Positions 7,273 to 12,780 of a stretch of DNA of 12,780 bases are shown here, piece after piece. Numbering within the stretch: position 1 is the first letter of the stretch; each line of letters begins with the position of its first letter. A program made the position numbers and the translations under genes. The stretch comes from Candidatus Hermodarchaeota archaeon (lineage in GTDB: Archaea; Asgardarchaeota; Heimdallarchaeia; Hodarchaeales; Hodarchaeaceae), in contig JBHLKY010000018.1 of NCBI GenBank assembly GCA_048886185.1, positions 100,092 through 112,871 of the forward strand, written 5' to 3'. The notes under the pieces are model-generated. The model searched no databases and was not told the origin of the DNA. It saw only the letters and a program-made list of their open reading frames with translations.

Positions 7273-8253
7273 ATGATCGAAATTCCCTCATTTAACCCAA
7301 GCATGGCTGAGGAGTATCTAAATACTCATAAATTACGTCCGTATTTTCATTTATTGTATTTACGAGATGTCCTAAGCCTTGAGATTGATTCTTCTGAGTA
7401 TCTAGAAGAACAGACACTTTTTTTATCCCAGAAACGAATTTCAGGATTGATGGGGAAACAGTTGGATACTGGAGGATGGTTCACTCCAAAAAAAGATGGT
7501 GTTTGGGGGCCGATGCACAAAAGTACTGTTTGGACTCTCCTCTTTCTCGGATATCTCGGGATAAATGGCCCCTCACTTCCCAATATCTGCAAAGCAGTTG
7601 ATTACATATTCGCTACTAAAATTAACAAAGAAGAATACGTTTTTAGGGAAAACCATAAAGTTTGGGGTCATTTTATGCAATGTGAGAACAGTATGCTTTT
7701 ACGTTCTCTTCTTCTAATGGGATTTTGGAATAGAGAAGATGTAAAACGAGCATGTCTAGCACACCTGAATCGAATTTATGGAAAAGAAGGGTTATGTTAT
7801 TATAAGAAAGGGCCTAAATCACAAGATCGGTTTAAACTACCCTGTGTGTGGGGATTGGTGAAAGATTTATTGTTTTTAAGGGAATGGCCAGACCAATGGA
7901 AGAATCAGAAATATAAAAACTCAATCTTAGCAATTCATAAATACTTTCTAGAACAGAATTTAGCTAAGGCTGATTTTCCTCGTCTTAAAGAAACAATATC
8001 CAAAAAATGGTTTGCTTTTGCGTATTTCAGGAGTTATTATGCTGATTTATTTGAAGCGATTGAAGCTCTTGTTACGACGGGGGTGACAGACCATGAAAAA
8101 ATCAATGACGCCTTGAAGATCATAGGGAACCATTGTCAAGATGGTGTCACATGGATATGTGAAATTACTCCCACTTGGCGAATAAAATTTGAAAAGGTGC
8201 AAACTCCCAGTCCTTGGTTAACAATAAAAGGATTAAAATTAACCAAAGAGTGA
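7273..8253 (+). CDS. Uncharacterised alpha/alpha-toroid protein (prenyltransferase/squalene-cyclase repeat-like)
   Basis: 326 aa, predicted helical. QW-type repeat 'KQLDTGGW', degenerate repeat 'CQDGVTW', plus 'KSTVWTLLFLGYLG', 'LPCVWG', 'WFAFAYFRSYYADLFE' and 'PSPWLT'. These match my recollection of a widespread hypothetical family. No DxDD cyclase motif. SD GAGGA at 7262-7266. Confidence 0.6.
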   Translation: MIEIPSFNPSMAEEYLNTHKLRPYFHLLYLRDVLSLEIDSSEYLEEQTLFLSQKRISGLMGKQLDTGGWFTPKKDGVWGPMHKSTVWTLLFLGYLGINGPSLPNICKAVDYIFATKINKEEYVFRENHKVWGHFMQCENSMLLRSLLLMGFWNREDVKRACLAHLNRIYGKEGLCYYKKGPKSQDRFKLPCVWGLVKDLLFLREWPDQWKNQKYKNSILAIHKYFLEQNLAKADFPRLKETISKKWFAFAYFRSYYADLFEAIEALVTTGVTDHEKINDALKIIGNHCQDGVTWICEITPTWRIKFEKVQTPSPWLTIKGLKLTKE

Positions 8254-8303
8254 ATATAATCTTAAGTAAATTTAATAACATAAATCAAAGGATTTTGAAA
8301 GAA

Positions 8304-8498
8304 ATGGTTAAAACAGTATGTGGTTCTGATATAGACTATAAGGGCTTTTTAGTTGTAGAATCTGACAAACCTGAACAGAAAAAGAAACCTGTGGTACTTC
8401 AATATAACAAACAACGACTCTTTTTTTGTGAAGAATCCTGTAAAAAAGAGTTCTTAAATGCTTCAGATAAAATACAATGGATAGAAAATCATAAGTAA
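8304..8498 (+). CDS. Small TRASH/YHS-like metal-binding protein (64 aa)
   Basis: Likely start is the ATG at 8304, with TTTAATAA at 8271-8278 about 30 nt upstream. The 8214 start overlaps the previous gene. Sequence MVKTVCG...YNKQRLFFCEESCKKEF carries the VCG...YxxxxxxFCxxxCxxxF signature. Confidence 0.7.
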   Translation: MVKTVCGSDIDYKGFLVVESDKPEQKKKPVVLQYNKQRLFFCEESCKKEFLNASDKIQWIENHK

Positions 8499-8540
8499 CC
8501 TTTCCGAATGGTTACAATATTCAACAATTAAGATTGAATA
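8495..8540. repeat. Two adjacent inverted repeats between the TRASH and flavoprotein genes
   Basis: GTAACC-N9-GGTTAC (8495-8515, overlapping the stop codon) and TATTCAA-N9-TTGAATA (8518-8540). Confidence 0.4.
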
Positions 8541-8553
8541 ATCACTAGAGGAA

Positions 8554-9279
8554 ATGAAATTGTCCAAAGTAATGATTATTAATGGGAGTGCAAGAGCCGA
8601 AAAGGGTCATACCGCTTACTTGTTAACTCCTTTTATCCAAGGAATGAAAAATGCTGGAGCTAAAGTTGAGCTCCTCTATTCTAAAAAGCAGAAAATTCGT
8701 CCTTGTACTGGTTGTTTTAAATGTTGGGGAGAGACAATTGGTGAATGTTTTATTGATGATGATATGCAGAGAATTTATCCAAAATTAAGAGAAACTGATA
8801 TTTTAGTTCTAGCAATACCTGTGTATATTCCCCTTCCAGGGATGATGCAAAATTTCATTAATAGACTGTGTCCGTTAGCAGAACCATTATTAGAGTTTAA
8901 AAATGGGAGAACAAGAGCTAAGTTTCATGATAATGTGAAAATCTCCAAAATTTTAGGAGTAATAACTGGAGGATGGTGGGAAATTGAAAATTTGAATATT
9001 GTCTTAAAAATTATTCAAGAATTAGCCTTGAATACTTCCACAGAATTCTCTGGAGCAATCCTACGTCCTCATGTTCATCTTTTAAGGCAAGAAACAGAGA
9101 AAAATAAGGGTATTTTAACAACTTTAGAAACTATTGGTGAACAATTAATCAAAGAGGGAAAAATTGACAAAGATAAATTAACCCACATTAGTCAACCACT
9201 TGTAAGTAAAGAAGATATCATAGCTATGTGGAATAAGAATTATCTAGAGGAAAAAGAAAGACAAAAAATCAGTAAGTAA
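8554..9279 (+). CDS. Iron-sulfur flavoprotein (Isf) / multimeric flavodoxin (NADPH-dependent FMN reductase family)
   Basis: 241 aa. FMN phosphate loop 'INGSARAEKGHT', compact Cys motif CxxCxxCx7C ('PCTGCFKCWGETIGEC'), 'DDMQRIY', 'LAIPVY' and 'QNFINRL'. Confidence 0.88.
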   Translation: MKLSKVMIINGSARAEKGHTAYLLTPFIQGMKNAGAKVELLYSKKQKIRPCTGCFKCWGETIGECFIDDDMQRIYPKLRETDILVLAIPVYIPLPGMMQNFINRLCPLAEPLLEFKNGRTRAKFHDNVKISKILGVITGGWWEIENLNIVLKIIQELALNTSTEFSGAILRPHVHLLRQETEKNKGILTTLETIGEQLIKEGKIDKDKLTHISQPLVSKEDIIAMWNKNYLEEKERQKISK

Positions 9280-9296
9280 TGGCAGACTAATTACTT
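9274..9296. repeat. Inverted repeat over the flavoprotein stop codon
   Basis: AAGTAAT-N9-ATTACTT, with the TAA stop at 9277-9279 inside the left arm. Confidence 0.35.
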
Positions 9297-9343
9297 GATT
9301 TCAATTAACCCAATTAAAAGAGAATTCTTGGATTTGTAGAACA

Positions 9344-10078
9344 TTGGTGACTCTAACAGATATATTACACCCAACCCGAGTAAAGATATTGGAGTTATTG
9401 AGTGAAAACCCTAAAGTTCTTGCCGACATTGCAAAAGATCTTGATTTATCAAAACCTGAAATTTCTCGTCACTTAGCCAGAATGCGGGAACTCAATTTAG
9501 TTGAAACAAAGGATAGAAGTCACCAATTATCAAATTTAGGGGAGGTTATTCTCAATTTAATATCACCTATCGGATTTTTAATTGAGAATTATGATTTTTT
9601 CATTAATCATAGGGTTGATCTCCCTTTCTCCTTCATCCGTGACATAGATTCTTTAAAACATAGCGAATTGATGGCAGGAACAGGGTATATCGCGTCAAAG
9701 ATGGAAGAGATTCGTAAAAATACCACCATTGAAGCTAAGATGATGGTTGACCAACCCTTTCCTGGAAGTATTGTACAAATTGAAAGAGCTATGCTTATTG
9801 TTCCTTTTTATGCAAAGATAGAGAATCTCAATCTGGATATATTAGAAAAATCTTGTAAATATTATGAATTTCGAACATTACCAGTCGTAAATCTTACCTT
9901 AGGAATTACTGATAGGAAACATGGTTTCTTAATATTCCCTGAAAGAATAACGGGAAAAATTGACTATAATTATGCTTTTTACATTACTGATGATCTGGGA
10001 TTGGACTTTTTATCTAGATTGTGGGATTATTATTGGGAAAAAGCTGAGTTCAGAATTAGTACCCCTCAGCAGCTTTAG
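9344..10078 (+). CDS. Winged helix-turn-helix (ArsR-like) transcriptional regulator with archaeal DUF1724-like C-terminal domain
   Basis: N-terminal 'HPTRVKILELLSENPKVLADIAKDLDLSKPEISRHLARMRELNLV...HQLSNLG'. C-terminal region with 'FFINH' and 'DLGLDFLSRLWDYYWEKA', typical of archaeal COG4742-like regulators. Start is TTG 9344 or GTG 9347. Confidence 0.75.
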   Translation: MVTLTDILHPTRVKILELLSENPKVLADIAKDLDLSKPEISRHLARMRELNLVETKDRSHQLSNLGEVILNLISPIGFLIENYDFFINHRVDLPFSFIRDIDSLKHSELMAGTGYIASKMEEIRKNTTIEAKMMVDQPFPGSIVQIERAMLIVPFYAKIENLNLDILEKSCKYYEFRTLPVVNLTLGITDRKHGFLIFPERITGKIDYNYAFYITDDLGLDFLSRLWDYYWEKAEFRISTPQQL

Positions 10079-10168
10079 CATTTTTTGAAATTATTGTTTC
10101 TCCTGAAAATATTGCCAAAATTGTCAAAGAAAGAATATAAGGGATTATTTTTTGAAGCTCTCTTACAA

Positions 10169-10405
10169 ATGTCAGATAATCATCATATAGATGTCATCGT
10201 CGTTGAAACAAAAAACGAATCTCCATTTAAATTTGAGATGAGTGAAACAAGCTTTTCATTTACCGCCAATCTTGGAAAACTTCAACAAATTTCATTCTCC
10301 GAAGAGATTCTTACATTTCAGTTTGATCAAGGATATCTACGAGTTGAGATGACCTATGAAGATATCTGCCATTATTTTATCTTAAAAGAAATATTAAAGG
10401 AGTAG
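10169..10405 (+). CDS. Small hypothetical beta-rich protein (78 aa from ATG 10169; ORF track extends it to TTG 10085)
   Basis: ATG 10169 is preferred: TATAA at 10136-10140 lies about 30 nt upstream after a purine-rich run, and the TTG at 10085 sits in a T6 run right after the previous stop. The stop is 5 nt before the next gene, whose SD lies at the end of this ORF. Confidence 0.55.
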   Translation: MSDNHHIDVIVVETKNESPFKFEMSETSFSFTANLGKLQQISFSEEILTFQFDQGYLRVEMTYEDICHYFILKEILKE

Positions 10406-10410
10406 AAAAA

Positions 10411-10797
10411 ATGGAAATTAATTGGGATCTTATTTTTATAATTGCAATAGTGTTTCATGCAATTGGGCATACATTAGGTTTGGTACATACGTTCGAGTTG
10501 GTAAATTTGTCTGGAATGCCAACGAATGAGTCTTGGTTGTTAACAGAGCAACTTAAACTAGATCAGACGATCATTCGGGCGATTTCTATTCTATGGTTTA
10601 TAGTAGTAATAGGATTTCTCATTGTTGCAGGAGCTTTCTGGTTTGAATTAAGTTGGTGGAAAATTATGGCCGTACCGATGATTGTATTATCAGTTACATT
10701 ATTTGTAATCTGGTTTAACTCTTTTCCCATTAACACACAGGTTGGAGCCGCTATTGGTAATATAGTCATAGTTGTAGGGTTACTTCACTTCAGTTAA
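10411..10797 (+). CDS. Small membrane protein of about 4 TM segments with an N-terminal HxxxH motif
   Basis: 128 aa, hydrophobic. 'FHAIGHTLG' in TM1, 'ESWLL' loop, 'WWKIMAV'. SD AGGAG at 10398-10402. Confidence 0.7.
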   Translation: MEINWDLIFIIAIVFHAIGHTLGLVHTFELVNLSGMPTNESWLLTEQLKLDQTIIRAISILWFIVVIGFLIVAGAFWFELSWWKIMAVPMIVLSVTLFVIWFNSFPINTQVGAAIGNIVIVVGLLHFS

Positions 10798-10853
10798 TGT
10801 GAACTTATCAATTCCCTTTCCTTAAATTTTAAAATAGTATAAGATGATGAACT

Positions 10854-12368
10854 ATGAAGAAAACAGTAGTTATTATTGGTGCTGGAATTGCTGGCCTTTC
10901 CGTTGGTTGCTATTTACAAATGAATGGATTTTCAACGCAAATTTATGAACAACATAATCTCCCAGGGGGATGTTCTACAGCTTGGAATAGAAATGGTTAT
11001 CATATCGGAGGAAGCATTCATGGACTTGTTGGTTCTTCTCCTGATTCTCCAATATATAAGATCTGGGATGAAATCATCGACATGAAAAAAGTTGAGTTCC
11101 ATTACTTTAGAGATAGAATGCATCTTCATTTTAGAGATAAAAATGGTTTTAAACAAATAGATGTTCCAGCTACGACCGATAATCTTGAGAAAACAATGCT
11201 AGACATTTCACCTGAAGATGCAAAAGCGATAAATGAATTCATTAACGCAATTCGTTATTTTCAACAAACTGATATGTTTTCTAAAACGATTAGTAAACCC
11301 CGTGAGTTCTTTAATATCATTGATTTTGTAAAGATGGTCCCCCAGTTACCTGTTTTTCGTTTCATGAAAAAATGGTACAAATTAAATGCGAATCAATACT
11401 CGAAAACCTTCAAACACCCCGATTTACAAAAAATGGTAGAAAATTTTCTCTCTCCTATATTATTTGAAATTCTTGTTCTCTCAGAAATGGACCGAAGAAA
11501 TTCAGGATTTCCAGTTAAAGGTGCTTTGGAATTTAGCAAAATGATCGAAAAAAAGTACTTAGAGTTAGGTGGAAAAATATTTTATAATAAGAAAGTAGTG
11601 AATATCAATGTATCGACAGTTCCTCACTTAAAACATGATTTTGTAACTGGAATCACCCTACTGAATGGAAAAACTATTAATGCGGACATTGTTATTTCAG
11701 CCATGGATGGTAAAACAACCATATTCAATATGTTGAATGGAAAATATCTAAATGATGAGATAAAAGAAAATTATGAAAAAACTAAGTTAAATCCTTCAAG
11801 GATTTTTCTCTCAATTGGATTAACAAGAGAAATTATCTCAGGGGCTGGTGTCGACAGATTATTGCTTGAAAAACCGTTTTTATTACCAGATGGGACTGAA
11901 TGTAAGGCAATTGATGTCCGAATATTTGATTTTAACCACTTTGCTCCCAAAGGGAAAACCCTTCTAAATGTGGAGTTTCCTACACATGAATATGAGTATT
12001 GGACTGAGTTACGTAAAGCCGATAGAGCCACTTACAAAGAGAAAAAAGAACTAATAGCAAATTTAGTTATTGAAAACATGGAGAAAATCTTTGGTGAACT
12101 AAGATTATACATTGATCTGATTGATGTTGCCACCCCAGCAACATTTCATAGATATACTGGTAATTGGAAGGGTTCAATACAAGGCTGGGACAATGAAAAT
12201 ATTTTTTCACGAAAATTTATCAAAAAGGAACTACCTAACCTTGAGAATTTCTATATGACTGGACATTGGGTACAACTTGGAGGAGGTGTACCTAATGTTT
12301 TTCTAAACGGTAGAGATTTGGCAAAAATTCTTTGTAAAAAAGAAAATGTGAAATTTTCAGTTCATTAA
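10854..12368 (+). CDS. FAD-dependent oxidoreductase, phytoene desaturase/CrtI-like superfamily (COG1233-like)
   Basis: 504 aa. Rossmann motif 'IIGAGIAGL', 'EQHNLPGGCSTAWNRNGY', 'FPVKG...FSKMI', 'ADIVISAMD', 'DVATPATFHRYTGNWKGS' and 'LENFYMTGHWVQLGGGVP'. Substrate cannot be determined. Confidence 0.88.
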   Translation: MKKTVVIIGAGIAGLSVGCYLQMNGFSTQIYEQHNLPGGCSTAWNRNGYHIGGSIHGLVGSSPDSPIYKIWDEIIDMKKVEFHYFRDRMHLHFRDKNGFKQIDVPATTDNLEKTMLDISPEDAKAINEFINAIRYFQQTDMFSKTISKPREFFNIIDFVKMVPQLPVFRFMKKWYKLNANQYSKTFKHPDLQKMVENFLSPILFEILVLSEMDRRNSGFPVKGALEFSKMIEKKYLELGGKIFYNKKVVNINVSTVPHLKHDFVTGITLLNGKTINADIVISAMDGKTTIFNMLNGKYLNDEIKENYEKTKLNPSRIFLSIGLTREIISGAGVDRLLLEKPFLLPDGTECKAIDVRIFDFNHFAPKGKTLLNVEFPTHEYEYWTELRKADRATYKEKKELIANLVIENMEKIFGELRLYIDLIDVATPATFHRYTGNWKGSIQGWDNENIFSRKFIKKELPNLENFYMTGHWVQLGGGVPNVFLNGRDLAKILCKKENVKFSVH

Positions 12369-12542
12369 AGAGAATGATATGAATTATATTCTCTTTGGAG
12401 TTTCATCACGAAATCTGAATCTCAAGACAGTATCAATAACGAAAATGATGGTCGAAGGAAAATGAATTATCAACATTAAGAAGCAGATAAAATTAATTCT
12501 TTTTTCTCTAATAAAAGGGCAAATTATAATCTTTTATGTCTT

Positions 12543-12558
12543 GAAAAAACTTTTATAT
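12543..12558 (+). promoter_or_regulatory. Candidate archaeal BRE/TATA promoter
   Basis: GAAAAAAC-TTTTATAT, with the TATA at 12551-12558 about 30-37 nt before the ATG at 12588. Confidence 0.45.
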
Positions 12559-12587
12559 CAGAAAATAGATCATTAAACCAGTCTAAT

Positions 12588-12780
12588 ATGGATCCAACAA
12601 TTATAGACATGGGAGAATAAAAAGATGTTTGGTAATTAATTCCCTTCCTAATCGATTAGATCTATCAGATATGAATTGTTTTCAAGCCCGAAAATACAAT
12701 GCAAAATTTTCTATTGGTTCTGATGCCCACCATATCTCTCAAATTGCTCACCTAAAACTTGGTATAGCAGTTGCAAGGAG
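12588..12780 (+). pseudogene. C-terminal fragment of a PHP domain (PolX/YcdX type), frameshifted and running off the right edge
   Basis: The frame open from 12587 reads ...KRCLVINSLPNRLDLSDMNCFQARKYNAKFSIGSDAHHISQIAHLKLGIAVAR(R). This matches the PolX-PHP tail pattern LEINxxPxRLDLxD...xxSDAH...GxxxARRG. The ATG at 12588 is in another frame (MDPTIIDMGE*, stop 12618-12620). Only about 220 nt separate it from the upstream gene, too little for a full PHP domain. Confidence 0.7.

Noticed and set aside
7347-7592. 81-aa minus-strand ORF
   Set aside because: Antisense to the toroid gene with no independent support.
8214-8303. N-terminal extension of the TRASH ORF
   Set aside because: Overlaps the upstream gene by 40 nt, is low-complexity Asn/Ile/Lys, and contains the likely TATA box for ATG 8304.
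10085-10168. TTG-started extension of the hypothetical ORF
   Set aside because: The TTG is part of a T6 terminator-like run after the regulator stop, and a TATA-like box inside the extension favours ATG 10169.
10563-12031. Minus-strand ORFs 10563-10769, 10932-11156 and 11771-12031
   Set aside because: Antisense shadows of the membrane protein and desaturase genes.
10854-12368. Calling the oxidoreductase crtI and the region a carotenoid or hopanoid cluster
   Set aside because: No phytoene/squalene synthase is present and the toroid protein lacks DxDD. COG1233-like proteins have diverse substrates.
12369-12587. Short ORFs in the gap (e.g. 12379-12465 +) or an upstream part of the PHP gene
   Set aside because: All frames are short or lack PHP motifs, and none has supporting signals.
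1-12780. CRISPR array, tRNA/rRNA, IS element or prophage
   Set aside because: No regularly spaced repeats, cloverleaf or rRNA-like segments, transposase, integrase or phage genes were recognised by eye.

Overview
AT-rich (roughly one-third GC by eye), gene-dense prokaryotic window. The signals look archaeal: TATA-like boxes about 20-33 nt before first-gene starts, SD motifs before operon-internal genes, an HTH regulator with an archaeal-type C-terminal domain, and an iron-sulfur flavoprotein. An Asgard-type host is plausible but is only inference. From left to right: a partial ICMT/PEMT-family methyltransferase (-, runs off the left edge, missing from the ORF track); an SRPBCC protein (-); an LCM/TcmP-like O-methyltransferase (+); a minus-strand operon of a decayed serine-hydrolase pseudogene, a CPBP (CAAX protease-like) protein that has lost most catalytic residues, and an intact membrane-anchored serine hydrolase; nhaA preceded by a structured leader; a second ICMT/PEMT gene; an alpha/alpha-toroid (prenyltransferase/squalene-cyclase-repeat-like) protein; a TRASH/YHS protein; an iron-sulfur flavoprotein; a winged-HTH regulator; two hypothetical proteins; a phytoene-desaturase-family FAD oxidoreductase; and a frameshifted C-terminal PHP (PolX-type) fragment at the right edge. 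No rRNA, tRNA, CRISPR array or transposase was recognised. No clearly new system is demonstrable from sequence alone. The best leads are the CPBP pseudoenzyme, the nhaA leader, and a speculative clustering of families related to eukaryotic CAAX processing.
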